DNA of 64,000 bases, taken from a virus. Lineage: Duplodnaviria > Caudoviricetes. Shown piece after piece: positions 10,222 to 20,295 of the stretch. Where the stretch lies: the IMG/VR virus record IMGVR_UViG_3300031760_000005, positions 1 to 64,000 of that record. One strand, written 5' to 3'. Both the position numbers and the translations under genes were made by a program. The notes beneath the pieces are model-generated. The model saw only the letters and a program-made list of their open reading frames with translations, was not told the DNA's origin and ran no database searches. The number at the start of each line of letters is the position of its first letter. Position 1 is the first letter of the stretch.

Positions 10222-10608
10222 ATGGCATTAGGTGATATAGATGGTCAATTTAATACAGCACGTATTGGTTTAGATGCAGGTACTGGTAGTGGTTTAGATA
10301 GATATCCGGCAGTTAAAGCATGTTTGCAATATTCAACTACTGGAACTAATGCAGGAGAATGGTATCTTCCAGCTTTAGGTGAATTAGTATTTATAGTAGC
10401 AGATAATGCAGCAATAAATATTATATTGGGCAGTATTAATGGAGAATATCCAAATGATTCAATAAGCTCATTACAGAATAACCCTTATTGGTCTTCTACT
10501 GAGTATGATGCCAATGATGTTTATTATATTACATTAGACAGTGGCGGTGTTTTCACCACATATAAAAACGCCAAAGACCACATAGTTATTCCTTGGTTAG
10601 CTCGCTAA
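10222..10608 (+). CDS. DUF1566/CLec-like domain protein, probable DGR target; may be N-truncated
   Basis: DGQFNT, WYLPALGEL, YWSSTEY motifs; C-ending codons concentrated in the last 45 codons. Confidence 0.7.
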   Translation: MALGDIDGQFNTARIGLDAGTGSGLDRYPAVKACLQYSTTGTNAGEWYLPALGELVFIVADNAAINIILGSINGEYPNDSISSLQNNPYWSSTEYDANDVYYITLDSGGVFTTYKNAKDHIVIPWLAR

Positions 10609-10644
10609 ATTAATAATACAATAACATTTTATAAATTCAAATAG

Positions 10645-10672
10645 AAAGAGGAACTCTTAAGAGTTCCTCTTT
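10645..10672. terminator. Bidirectional terminator (perfect palindrome)
   Basis: AAAGAGGAACTCTTAAGAGTTCCTCTTT between convergent genes. Confidence 0.85.
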
Positions 10673-10674
10673 TG

Positions 10675-11418
10675 TTATGTATTACCAAGTTTTCGGCTAA
10701 TCAATTTCCCATCTTCATCTAATTCTTCAACTAGATAATTTTTATAAATACAATCAATTCCCCAAAATTCTGCTTCGCAATCTTTCCAATATATAGGTGT
10801 ATCTGGTTCCGTATGTCCAAATACTTGTGACCAAACTATTCCATCATTCCCAATCCATTCGGTGTATGGGGATTTCTTTAATCCTTCTGGTCTAATCCAT
10901 AATGGACTATTCCAAGATGAACTTCCATAATAATCCCCACCATCTCTATATGTAAAACAAAATGCCTTTGTTTCAATTGTATTTATATCAGCTAATGATC
11001 CTGATTTTATCCATTGATTAAACCAATTCATTGATACCCCAGCATGAGAATAAATAGTTTTATTTATTTCATCAATGTAGCAAATTTTAAGTATTTCCTT
11101 ATCCCAATCTCTGCATAAAGGATATCCAGCAATAGAGGCTGATAAAGGATTCCACCCAGAGCATCTACCGAAATTTTCATCCATATAGTGCATATCATGG
11201 TTACCGATAAGCATATGGAATCCTCTCCCATATTTCTTAATATGCTCTTTACGAAGTTCTATTATATGTTCATAGGCATCCCTCTGGGTATAAGCATCTA
11301 TAGCGAAAGAATCAAAATAATCCCCCAATATAATTACTTCGTCAGGATGTTCTTTATAATATATATTTCTGACAAATTCCCAACGTCCATGTGGATCTCC
11401 TATGATTATTCTCTTCAT
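10675..11418 (-). CDS. Calcineurin-like metallophosphoesterase
   Basis: GDPHG, GDYFD, GNHD, SHAG, FGHT motifs. Confidence 0.9.
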   Translation of the reverse strand: MKRIIIGDPHGRWEFVRNIYYKEHPDEVIILGDYFDSFAIDAYTQRDAYEHIIELRKEHIKKYGRGFHMLIGNHDMHYMDENFGRCSGWNPLSASIAGYPLCRDWDKEILKICYIDEINKTIYSHAGVSMNWFNQWIKSGSLADINTIETKAFCFTYRDGGDYYGSSSWNSPLWIRPEGLKKSPYTEWIGNDGIVWSQVFGHTEPDTPIYWKDCEAEFWGIDCIYKNYLVEELDEDGKLISRKLGNT

Positions 11419-11420
11419 AA

Positions 11421-12368
11421 CTAATTATTTAAATATTGAAACATTTTTTTATCATCATGTATAATAACATTATTTAAATTTTCAATACATAATTTAGGTA
11501 ATACTGTATCAAGTTTTTTTAATGTTTTTCTAGATAAACTGCGTAGTGTTTTAAAAATTTGATCTGCTGTTTTTTTCTCTCCAGTTATTTCTAAATATGC
11601 TTTTTCTATTTCATCAATATTTTTATTTTCTAAAGTATTATCAAAATAAGAATTTATTTCATTATTTAATTTATTATATGCAATATATATTTTTGATTTT
11701 TTCAATACTTTTAATGCATCATAAGGATTTTTAATTTTTTCTTTATGATTTTCTAATTCAGCTTTTATTTGTGCAAAAAATGCATTTTTCTCATATCCCA
11801 GTAAAAGATATAATGCTTTCTTTATTAAAAATTCATTATCATTTGAAGAATTCTTTTGAATATTTTTATACATTAATGATTTTGCCGCATTAATATATCC
11901 ATTATCACCTTTAAGACACATTATATAATTATTATATGCATGGGTTAATTCATGCATAAGTATTTCTTTAACTTCACTTAATCTATTTTCATATAAATAA
12001 ATATTGATATTAACTTCATCAAATAATAAATCACCATTTAATTCTTCATTATCTAAATATTGACCACCAGCATTCTCTGAAGTATCTATATCAACAATAA
12101 GAGTTTTGAAAAATATGTTTTTAAAAGATTTTAATTCATCAGATGTGAAAGTATATTGATTATCCATCCCATCCTTCTTTACTCTTTCATAAACATATTG
12201 TGCTAATTCTTCACATCCTTCATATATCCCATATTTTTCTAAAACAATTCTACTACGTGAATATAAATTGTTTTCTTTATATGAAATCGCCAAATGAGCC
12301 AATATGCTTTCATCAACATTTGACTCAATAATTTCTTGTTCTTGTATATAAGAATTTAATTTTTTCAT
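11421..12368 (-). CDS. Zincin-like metallopeptidase with capsid-targeting-like leader
   Basis: HELTH plus downstream EKNAF; N-term MKKLNSYIQE. Confidence 0.65.
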   Translation of the reverse strand: MKKLNSYIQEQEIIESNVDESILAHLAISYKENNLYSRSRIVLEKYGIYEGCEELAQYVYERVKKDGMDNQYTFTSDELKSFKNIFFKTLIVDIDTSENAGGQYLDNEELNGDLLFDEVNINIYLYENRLSEVKEILMHELTHAYNNYIMCLKGDNGYINAAKSLMYKNIQKNSSNDNEFLIKKALYLLLGYEKNAFFAQIKAELENHKEKIKNPYDALKVLKKSKIYIAYNKLNNEINSYFDNTLENKNIDEIEKAYLEITGEKKTADQIFKTLRSLSRKTLKKLDTVLPKLCIENLNNVIIHDDKKMFQYLNN

Positions 12369-12674
12369 TTATTTTTCACAATATATATTTCTTTGTTCCC
12401 AATCAAATATACAATAGTTTAAACAACTTTTGTAATCATCCCAAGTGTTTACAAGATTAATTGATTTTCCATTTTTATCTTTTAACCTTGTATCACAATA
12501 TATATCATTAACTGAATATATTTCACCAAAGCTATCTTTAAACATAATATTCTTTTTTGATGAATATATTCGTTTACATAGTTTGGGAAGATACCTATCG
12601 TTTTTTTGATTCCAAACTATAACCCAATATTCAGTGTTAAATTGAATATCCTTTTCTTCTATTTGTTTATACAT
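12369..12674 (-). CDS. Hypothetical protein
   Basis: 101-aa ORF. Confidence 0.65.
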   Translation of the reverse strand: MYKQIEEKDIQFNTEYWVIVWNQKNDRYLPKLCKRIYSSKKNIMFKDSFGEIYSVNDIYCDTRLKDKNGKSINLVNTWDDYKSCLNYCIFDWEQRNIYCEK

Positions 12675-12675
12675 T

Positions 12676-12921
12676 TCACATTATAATTTCTTCTATTCTA
12701 ACTGAGTCAATGCTATCGCATGATATTGTCCTATTGTAACAAAACTCTTCATCATAAAAAGAAATTAGTAATCCAGCATTTCCATTTTTATCAATAGCCG
12801 GAGTAATAGAATTGATACAATCTACCGGAATTTCATCAATTTCTTCTGATGTTGAATTATTAAGTACAAGGTAATAATTCTTATAACTAATTTTACCATT
12901 TTCAGTAAACATTTTATCCAT
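12676..12921 (-). CDS. Hypothetical protein
   Basis: 81-aa ORF. Confidence 0.65.
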   Translation of the reverse strand: MDKMFTENGKISYKNYYLVLNNSTSEEIDEIPVDCINSITPAIDKNGNAGLLISFYDEEFCYNRTISCDSIDSVRIEEIIM

Positions 12922-12924
12922 AGT

Positions 12925-13164
12925 TTAATATCCTAAAATTTCTTCATATTCTTTTATAGTGACGTAATACTCTTCAATAGCATTCAATATAGCTTGCTTT
13001 CCATAATAACTATTTAATGCTTCTTCGAATTTCTCATCTAAATCTTGAGAATAATATTCGTCACTTTTACGATATTCCTTTGGGTATCTCCAGTATACCT
13101 TATTAACTACTTTCTCTTTGAAGTTATTAATGAATTCCTCTAAGTTATTTCCAAAATTTATCAT
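12925..13164 (-). CDS. Hypothetical protein
   Basis: 79-aa ORF. Confidence 0.65.
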   Translation of the reverse strand: MINFGNNLEEFINNFKEKVVNKVYWRYPKEYRKSDEYYSQDLDEKFEEALNSYYGKQAILNAIEEYYVTIKEYEEILGY

Positions 13165-13167
13165 TGT

Positions 13168-13344
13168 TTAAATAGCTAAACAAATTATTATAATCAATAC
13201 TACCCAAAACATACATCCTAAAGATGTAAAAAATCCTTCTAATAAAAAATCAAATACATAGCCAAATAATTTCAAAAACCATCCAGCTATGCCAAATATT
13301 ATAAATAATATAAAGCCAAAAATAAGAATTAAAAGTATTTCCAT
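13168..13344 (-). CDS. Small membrane protein (58 aa, not in ORF track)
   Basis: MEILLILIFGFIIFIIFGIAGW...CLAI; two hydrophobic segments directly after a promoter motif. Confidence 0.65.
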   Translation of the reverse strand: MEILLILIFGFILFIIFGIAGWFLKLFGYVFDFLLEGFFTSLGCMFWVVLIIIICLAI

Positions 13345-13368
13345 TATATCAATTATTTATAGTAATTA

Positions 13369-13397
13369 AATATAGAAATGCTTTAATTAAAATTCAA
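13369..13397 (-). promoter_or_regulatory. Early/middle promoter TTGAAT-N17-TATATT
   Basis: Recurrent motif. Confidence 0.7.
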
Positions 13398-13417
13398 ATA
13401 TTATATAAATTTATGAC

Positions 13418-13903
13418 TTAAAATGAATTATTTTTTATATTATGTTTAGTTTTAAATTCTTCTTGAATATTAAGTAACTCATGATAAGATTCCACAACTT
13501 TATTAAAATTGTGAGCATTATAATTTAATTTCATTTGCTCTAAATAATCATTAAATGTATAATATAAATCTTCATAACAATGAATTATACCAATCTCTTT
13601 ATGCTGTGATAAAATTTGTTGTATTATGGGAATTTCAAATTCTTTTGCAGGAATTTTAGCGAATGTACTTCCATAATCTAACATATCCAAAAATGCTTGA
13701 ACAATACTTTTTCTTGATTCGACATCAAAATACAAATATAGATTATCAAGGTTTTTACGAATATCTTTTAAATCACCAAATATATCAAATATTTTATCAC
13801 GCATTATAGTTACTTCATTTAAAGCATATTGTGCTTCTTTTTGTTCTTTTGATGCAATATCATAGCATCTCTTTAATTTAAGAATAAAATCTTTAAAATA
13901 CAT
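13418..13903 (-). CDS. Hypothetical protein
   Basis: 161-aa ORF. Confidence 0.65.
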   Translation of the reverse strand: MYFKDFILKLKRCYDIASKEQKEAQYALNEVTIMRDKIFDIFGDLKDIRKNLDNLYLYFDVESRKSIVQAFLDMLDYGSTFAKIPAKEFEIPIIQQILSQHKEIGIIHCYEDLYYTFNDYLEQMKLNYNAHNFNKVVESYHELLNIQEEFKTKHNIKNNSF

Positions 13904-13926
13904 AATCTTATATAATATATAATAAA

Positions 13927-14208
13927 TTACAGTTTTTCTTCAACTAGATGAAATATAAATTCACCATCAATCTCGGCAATTAAATTAATAATATACTTCT
14001 TATTAAGTCGTTGACCTCTACATAAATATGGTCCACCAGATGGATCTACAAAACTAATTGTAATATTATCATTTTCATATCCAATACGCATATAATCAAG
14101 TACATATTTATGATGATCATCTACTTGTAATTTCCAGAGATTAGTGTCATAATTTACAAGACATAAATCTGCACCATCTCTATTATAAAGTTTAATTTTA
14201 TCTGTCAT
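13927..14208 (-). CDS. Hypothetical protein
   Basis: 93-aa ORF with FVDPSGGPY motif. Confidence 0.7.
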   Translation of the reverse strand: MTDKIKLYNRDGADLCLVNYDTNLWKLQVDDHHKYVLDYMRIGYENDNITISFVDPSGGPYLCRGQRLNKKYIINLIAEIDGEFIFHLVEEKL

Positions 14209-14534
14209 GATATAAATATATTTCCTTTGTTTTCTTTAACTATTGTTTTACTTGATGATGTTATTTCATTAATATCATTTTCTAATTTATAAGCTTTTAT
14301 ATCAGATTCAATAATTGTTCCACAATCAGCGCATTTTAATATCTGTAATGGATATATAATAGATTCTCCACTTTGACCAACTAATGTTCCAGGAATTTCC
14401 TTAAGTATATATCCTGCTTCAAATACTATTCCACCGCATTTACTGCATTTTATTGTTTTATAATCTCGTGGATCAATTTTTGGTCCACCTATATTTGGTA
14501 TTCCTGCACCTAATAACATATCTTTATTTTCCAT
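14205..14534 (-). CDS. Zinc-ribbon protein
   Basis: CSKCGG...CADCG. Confidence 0.7.
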   Translation of the reverse strand: MENKDMLLGAGIPNIGGPKIDPRDYKTIKCSKCGGIVFEAGYILKEIPGTLVGQSGESIIYPLQILKCADCGTIIESDIKAYKLENDINEITSSSKTIVKENKGNIFIS

Positions 14535-14548
14535 ATTTAAATATAGTA

Positions 14549-15004
14549 TTAATTTTCACATTTTTCAATAGTCTGTTTATAATAATTAATTTGTTGTTTA
14601 CGTTTTTCTATTTCACTTTCCATATATGATATTCCAGAATTGCACATATCTTTAACATATTCAATAGCTTTATCTTTATTTATAAAAATTTCTAATGTAG
14701 GACATGTAGGATCTGTTGAAGATATAGTCATATGAGATTTTCCTAAATAATATGAATTATATCTTCGTGAATATTCTTTTGAATTAAAATTTATTATCAA
14801 TACATTTTCATATTTTATTACTATCTTACGTTCATAATCACGAGTTTTAATTTCACGTTGATTATTTGATAATACCGTAATTTTAGAAATAGCATATTCA
14901 ATATTAAATTTATTAGTATAACTAAATCCATCATAGTTTACATTATATACAGCATATATAATATCACCAGGTTTTAATGTATTGAATTCACCATATTTAT
15001 TCAT
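14549..15004 (-). CDS. Hypothetical protein
   Basis: 151-aa ORF. Confidence 0.65.
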   Translation of the reverse strand: MNKYGEFNTLKPGDIIYAVYNVNYDGFSYTNKFNIEYAISKITVLSNNQREIKTRDYERKIVIKYENVLIINFNSKEYSRRYNSYYLGKSHMTISSTDPTCPTLEIFINKDKAIEYVKDMCNSGISYMESEIEKRKQQINYYKQTIEKCEN

Positions 15005-15024
15005 AATTGTTGTTTAACATCATT

Positions 15025-15969
15025 TTAATAAAGATCTTTTTCTATAGATTCATCTGGAATCCATGTAGTAAAACTATCTCCTCTCCATTTATCTATAGGT
15101 ACTCTTATTTTCTTATAACCAAATGTTTTGTAATATTTTCCATCTTCATGTTTTTCCAGATTTTCTTTCCATGACCAAAACCATTCACATTCAGTTCCAT
15201 CTTTAAGAATAGACTTATGATGATGTTCATAATCAAAACAATGTACTAAATCATTCCATACAAACAAATCTTCAAAATCATGCATGTAAAAATGTTCAAT
15301 ATTTGGCATGTCCTTAGTTAATTCTTTAAACTTATTAGGAACAACATCATTTCCTAAATCTTCTTTATTCTGCCATCTTTTAAATAATTTCCATGCAAAA
15401 TCTTCAGACATGCAATCATTATTATAAAATCTTTGACAGATCTTTAAAACTTGTGGTCGTAACCATTCTTCCCAAGTTATTGTCTCTAATGAATAACCTC
15501 TATCATTATCAGCTAACTTAATGTGAATATCTCTATATTTAAGAAAATCTTCTTTAGATTTAATATTATATTCATCTATAAATTCACATACAATATCAAC
15601 CGCAGTAGTATATATTCTATTTAATGATGTAATAGGGAAATAAAAATACGGTGCTCTAAATCTTAAACAATTTTCAATTTCTCTATTAATATCATAAGCT
15701 GTAAAAAGTTGACGTTCTTTTGACATACGGCCTTTACAATTTTTCCATATATCATAAGCATGCATACTTGAAGCAATTGTATGACGTCCTATACAATAAC
15801 GATATGACATCCACATACAATCTTCTTCATAATCAGTCAACTGAGTATTATTACAAAGGAAATCACGTAAAGTAATTTCAATTGTATTTTTATTAACTTC
15901 GTCAAGTTCATTGAAAGTCTTACTACCATATTTTAGAAGACCTGTTTCTGTGTCAATCGTTATTTTCAT
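15025..15969 (-). CDS. Hypothetical protein
   Basis: WMSYRYCIGRHT motif; likely start MKITID. Confidence 0.7.
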   Translation of the reverse strand: MKITIDTETGLLKYGSKTFNELDEVNKNTIEITLRDFLCNNTQLTDYEEDCMWMSYRYCIGRHTIASSMHAYDIWKNCKGRMSKERQLFTAYDINREIENCLRFRAPYFYFPITSLNRIYTTAVDIVCEFIDEYNIKSKEDFLKYRDIHIKLADNDRGYSLETITWEEWLRPQVLKICQRFYNNDCMSEDFAWKLFKRWQNKEDLGNDVVPNKFKELTKDMPNIEHFYMHDFEDLFVWNDLVHCFDYEHHHKSILKDGTECEWFWSWKENLEKHEDGKYYKTFGYKKIRVPIDKWRGDSFTTWIPDESIEKDLY

Positions 15970-16174
15970 TAAAACTATCGTATAATTCTTTAATTGTACT
16001 AACTCTTGTGCCCAATTGTGGAATAAGAGTTCCATCTTCTGCTTCTCTAACTAAACACCATCCAAGAAATTCATTATCATATTCTTCATCAATTACCGCT
16101 GAAACTTTACGAGTACCTGAAAGATTTAATAATTCGGTTAATTGGTCACAAACAAATTTTAACTCTATTTTCAT
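15953..16174 (-). CDS. Hypothetical protein
   Basis: 73-aa ORF. Confidence 0.6.
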   Translation of the reverse strand: MKIELKFVCDQLTELLNLSGTRKVSAVIDEEYDNEFLGWCLVREAEDGTLIPQLGTRVSTIKELYDSFNENND

Positions 16175-16211
16175 TATATTATATTTTATATATTTGTATT
16201 AATTGTTATCT

Positions 16212-16757
16212 TCATTTTATGTTTAAATGTAAATTTGAAGACTCTACTAAATGTTCTATATAGCTCACTATTGAATTAATATCAGTACTATGGCTAATTA
16301 CTTTATGAGGGATATTTTGTAATACCTTTTCAATTTTTTCATCAACCTTTTTTGCTTGTTCTTCAGTTTGATAACGACCACTTTCCATGTATTTGTTACC
16401 ACGCTGAATATAAAAATTTATATTATTAAATTTTGAAAATTCTTTATCAATAAGTGCTTTGAGTTCAGGATAATCTTCTTTAAGATAAATATATGAATTT
16501 TGTAAAGGAGAATCACATATACAAACATCTACTTTACCTATAACTCTATTTATGCGATGAAGTTGTTTTGCAAATATATAAATTTGTTCATCAAAATATT
16601 GATTACGTTCTTCCCATATAACGTCTTTCGCATATTCTGGTGCCATTTCTACTTCAAGACCTCTACACTTTAATTTATAAAATAAATTTGCCATAAATGT
16701 AGATTTTCCAGCGCCTGGTCCTCCATATAAATTAACAACAATTGTATTTTTATTCAT
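16212..16757 (-). CDS. P-loop ATPase/kinase (AAA_28/NadR-like)
   Basis: GGPGAGKST Walker A, EYAKD, CDSPL, GRYQTEE. Confidence 0.8.
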   Translation of the reverse strand: MNKNTIVVNLYGGPGAGKSTFMANLFYKLKCRGLEVEMAPEYAKDVIWEERNQYFDEQIYIFAKQLHRINRVIGKVDVCICDSPLQNSYIYLKEDYPELKALIDKEFSKFNNINFYIQRGNKYMESGRYQTEEQAKKVDEKIEKVLQNIPHKVISHSTDINSIVSYIEHLVESSNLHLNIK

Positions 16758-16768
16758 ATTTATTTATT

Positions 16769-16954
16769 TTATTTTTCTTCATTATTACCTAAGAAAATGC
16801 AAACCTCTTTTGCATTTAATTTAGTATCTACTTCAGATCCACAATCTGCAGAATCCCATCCATATGATAATTTACCTTCATATGGACTACCATCTTCAAA
16901 TACCACCACAATTTCTGCTTCTGGATTTAATCCAATAAAATCTTTAACTTTCAT
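16769..16954 (-). CDS. Hypothetical protein
   Basis: 61-aa ORF. Confidence 0.6.
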   Translation of the reverse strand: MKVKDFIGLNPEAEIVVVFEDGSPYEGKLSYGWDSADCGSEVDTKLNAKEVCIFLGNNEEK

Positions 16955-16972
16955 ATAATTTTAATTTATTTA

Positions 16973-17194
16973 TTAATTATGAAATTTTATATTTCTATAC
17001 ATAAGCCATACATGCAAAGTACATATTGCAATAATTCCAGTAAATATCAATTGAAATATTAGATATAAAATTTTAACTAATAATCCCCAATTATTCCAAT
17101 TAATGGTTATCCAATAAATTTGTCCAATAAATAATGCTATTGTTATTAATGTCATCGCAATAGCTCCAGTTAATATATGTGATTCATGTTTCAT
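16973..17194 (-). CDS. Small membrane protein
   Basis: Two hydrophobic helices; likely start MKHESH. Confidence 0.6.
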   Translation of the reverse strand: MKHESHILTGAIAMTLITIALFIGQIYWITINWNNWGLLVKILYLIFQLIFTGIIAICTLHVWLMYRNIKFHN

Positions 17195-17195
17195 A

Positions 17196-17375
17196 TTATT
17201 CAATAACAGTAAATATTCTTCCTTTAAATGGAATGCTACCATTTTTTATAAAATTTACACTAGTAAAAAAATTGTAAAGATCTTTATCCATTTTTATTCT
17301 AAATTCAGCTTTAGTAGGATAGTTTTCAATGTTTTCATTAAGAAAATCAATAAAAGTATATAAATCGTACCACAT
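17196..17375 (-). CDS. Hypothetical protein (59 aa, not in ORF track)
   Basis: MWYDLYTFIDFLNEN...FTVIE fills the gap after infA. Confidence 0.55.
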   Translation of the reverse strand: MWYDLYTFIDFLNENIENYPTKAEFRIKMDKDLYNFFTSVNFIKNGSIPFKGRIFTVIE

Positions 17376-17393
17376 AATTTTTATATTATTTAA

Positions 17394-17612
17394 TTATTTT
17401 AATCTCATTTCAATTCTTCCCTTAGTTAAATCATAAGGACTCATTGATAATTTAACTTTATCTCCAACCATTATTCGAATATTATTAATTCTGATTTTAC
17501 CAGAAATATGACATAATACATCTAAACCATTTTCTAATTGAACCCTAAACATTGAATTAGCTAATGCTTCAACAACAATACCTGTCATAGAAATTACATT
17601 TTGTTTACTCAT
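17394..17612 (-). CDS. infA: Translation initiation factor IF-1
   Basis: [37 protein letters not shown]. Confidence 0.95.
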   Translation of the reverse strand: MSKQNVISMTGIVVEALANSMFRVQLENGLDVLCHISGKIRINNIRIMVGDKVKLSMSPYDLTKGRIEMRLK

Positions 17613-17983
17613 TTATTTATTTGCTTTTTTAAATTTAAATTTTCCTTTTTTAATTTATTATTTTCTTTAGTTAAAGAATTTATATGTGCATCTTTTATAG
17701 AAATTTCATTTTTTAATTCTATAATTATATTTACCAATTCGTTTTGATTTCCTATAGCAATTTCTTGATATGTACTTTGACTACGTTGTGAATCATCCCA
17801 ACGAATTTTTAGAATATTTAATGAATCCTTTTGTATTTTAATTAATGAATCCTTTTGTGCTAATTCTGCTTGTTGCTTATTTACTTTTGTTCCGCGATTA
17901 CATGCAACCGTACATTTATTCAAACTAAATACAACAAGTAAGCTAATTAAAATGATTTTCCAGTTTTTCTTTAGTTTTTCCAT
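17609..17983 (-). CDS. Membrane-anchored coiled-coil protein (possible spanin-like)
   Basis: N-terminal hydrophobic helix, heptad-rich C-terminus. Confidence 0.55.
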   Translation of the reverse strand: MEKLKKNWKIILISLLVVFSLNKCTVACNRGTKVNKQQAELAQKDSLIKIQKDSLNILKIRWDDSQRSQSTYQEIAIGNQNELVNIIIELKNEISIKDAHINSLTKENNKLKKENLNLKKQINK

Positions 17984-18057
17984 TTTTATTAATTTAAGTT
18001 AGATATTTATAAAAAAATAGTAATCTTTATTATATTTTTCTATATTAAAATAAATAT

Positions 18058-18954
18058 ATGAATAAAATATTTTATATGAAAGTATTATTAGCAGGAATTG
18101 CTAAATTAGAAAACGATTATATAAGAGAATGGTGTGAATATCATTTAAAACTTGGGTTTGATAAAATTATTTTAGGAGATAATAATGATAGTAATGGAGA
18201 ATCTTTAGTAGATCCAATTAAAGATTTTGTTTATCATAATTTTGTTGACGTGTTAGATTGCAGAAATCCAGAAATAACGCAAGTATTATTATATCAATAT
18301 ATTTATGATAATTTTGCTAAAGATTATGATTGGATAATGTTTTTAGATATTGATGAATTTTTGTTTTTAGAAAAAGATAATAATGTTCATGATTATTTAA
18401 ATAGACAAGAATTTAATAATTTCAATAGTATTAAAATACATTGGAAAATAATGGGTGATAGTAATCAGTTAATTAATACCGGATTACCTGTATTAGAAAG
18501 ATTAACTGAAGAAGGAAAAAATCCGCCAATGGTTTGGAAAAAAGATCCAAATAGAAAAATAACCATGAATTGTTTTGTTAAAAGTTTTGTGCGTCCAAAT
18601 ATTCCTAATACAATGTGGGACACCGCGCCACAACTTATTCCTAAAGATTTTAATGATATTACATTAAAAATATGTGATAATAAAGGGAGTGAATTAGATA
18701 TAAAATATATTGATGATACTTGTATTGATGAAATAGATTATACTCTTGCTCATATAAAACATTTTAGAACTAAAACTATTGAAGAATACATTTCTAAAAA
18801 ATGTCAAAAGGGTTGGCCAATAATAAATTGTAATAACAAAGAATTTATTGAATCATATCTCAATATGAATTTCTTTTTTGATATAAATGAAAAAACACCA
18901 GAAAAAATAGAATTGGCTAATCAATTAATGGAAAAATATAATATTAAATTATGA
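18058..18954 (+). CDS. GT-A glycosyltransferase (GT2/GT92-like)
   Basis: YIREWCEYH..LGFDKI, DNND, FLDIDEF, HFRTKTIEEY. Confidence 0.85.
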   Translation: MNKIFYMKVLLAGIAKLENDYIREWCEYHLKLGFDKIILGDNNDSNGESLVDPIKDFVYHNFVDVLDCRNPEITQVLLYQYIYDNFAKDYDWIMFLDIDEFLFLEKDNNVHDYLNRQEFNNFNSIKIHWKIMGDSNQLINTGLPVLERLTEEGKNPPMVWKKDPNRKITMNCFVKSFVRPNIPNTMWDTAPQLIPKDFNDITLKICDNKGSELDIKYIDDTCIDEIDYTLAHIKHFRTKTIEEYISKKCQKGWPIINCNNKEFIESYLNMNFFFDINEKTPEKIELANQLMEKYNIKL

Positions 18955-19829
18955 AAAGTTGCGTAGTTGCTATAGCTAAATATGAAGGAGATTATATTAG
19001 AGAATGGGTAGAATATAATCTTAATATTGGATTTAATCATATCTTTATTGGTGATAATAATGATGATAATCAAGAAAATATAAGAGAAATATTAAATGAT
19101 TACGTAATAAAAGGACTTGTTACTATTATAGATATAAAAGATTTTTATATTACACAAATAGATTTTTATAAAATGGCATTTAATAACTTAGTTGGACGAT
19201 TTGATTGGGTATTATTTTATGATATAGATGAATTTTTAGTATTAAATAATTTTTATTATGTTAATGATTATTTATCACAAAAAAAATTTGATAAATTTGA
19301 TGTTATTAAAATTAACCAAAAAATAATGTCTAATGATGGTTATGTTATTTATATAAATAAACCAGTATTAGAAAGATTTAAAAAAGAAGGAAATAATTAT
19401 GTTATTGGTAATATCTCTGATAATGATAATAAAGAACATATTATTTATATGAATAATACTGTTAAATCATTTTACAAAACAGGTGCAAAATTATTGCCAA
19501 GTGTTCATTCTACTGAAAAATATTATCCTAATATAAAATATTGCGATAATAGAGGTAAAGAAATTAAAGATAAAGATTATTGGCCAAATTGGTCACAAGT
19601 AAATGAAAAAATAAATCATGACGATGCCTATATTAAACACTTTGCAACAAAATCTTTAGAAGAATATGTTAAATATAAAATAAAAAGAGGATGGTCATGT
19701 TTTAAAAATGAAGATCAGCAAAAATATGTAAAAGATAATTATTTAAATTTAGATGTGTTTGAAAAAATAAATGGAAAATCTACACTATACGAAAAATTAT
19801 ATGATGAATATTTAATTAAATTTAATTAA
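18951..19829 (+). CDS. GT-A glycosyltransferase (GT2/GT92-like), tandem paralogue
   Basis: YIREWVEY, DNND, FYDIDEF, HFATKSLEEY. Confidence 0.85.
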   Translation: MKSCVVAIAKYEGDYIREWVEYNLNIGFNHIFIGDNNDDNQENIREILNDYVIKGLVTIIDIKDFYITQIDFYKMAFNNLVGRFDWVLFYDIDEFLVLNNFYYVNDYLSQKKFDKFDVIKINQKIMSNDGYVIYINKPVLERFKKEGNNYVIGNISDNDNKEHIIYMNNTVKSFYKTGAKLLPSVHSTEKYYPNIKYCDNRGKEIKDKDYWPNWSQVNEKINHDDAYIKHFATKSLEEYVKYKIKRGWSCFKNEDQQKYVKDNYLNLDVFEKINGKSTLYEKLYDEYLIKFN

Positions 19830-20295
19830 GAATATTTATTTTTGACCATTGTGGAATATATAACACTTTTATATGATCTTTGTAATGAAAAATAATAGAT
19901 TTAGGTAACCAAAACTGTTTACCTTTCATATGTATTTTTTGTGTATTTGTCCAATCTTCTATAAATTCAAATAATATAGCTTTATCCGTTATTTTAACAA
20001 TACGAACAACTTTATTAAGTTTACAATATAAATGATTACCTATACGTAATAGCCAGTCATCATTTTCTTTAATATCAATTTTAACAATATTTTCATAATC
20101 AATATTATATCTAATATCTTTAACTAATGTACCTGTGTAAATAGTAGGAATATTATTAAACGCATCATAATCACCATTGTCATAATCATAACAGGCTTCA
20201 CAAAATTCGCGTTCTATATTATCTTGTGCATAATCACCCATATTACTTCCAAAAATTAGTAGTAAACAAAACAGACAAATCAATCTTTTTCTCAT
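19822..20295 (-). CDS. Hypothetical protein
   Basis: 157-aa ORF (start may be internal MGDY); FWLPKS motif. Confidence 0.6.
   Translation of the reverse strand: MRKRLICLFCLLLIFGSNMGDYAQDNIEREFCEACYDYDNGDYDAFNNIPTIYTGTLVKDIRYNIDYENIVKIDIKENDDWLLRIGNHLYCKLNKVVRIVKITDKAILFEFIEDWTNTQKIHMKGKQFWLPKSIIFHYKDHIKVLYIPQWSKINILN

Noticed and set aside
10222-10672. Complete DGR locus in this window
   Set aside because: No reverse transcriptase ORF or template repeat recognised here; only a target-like region
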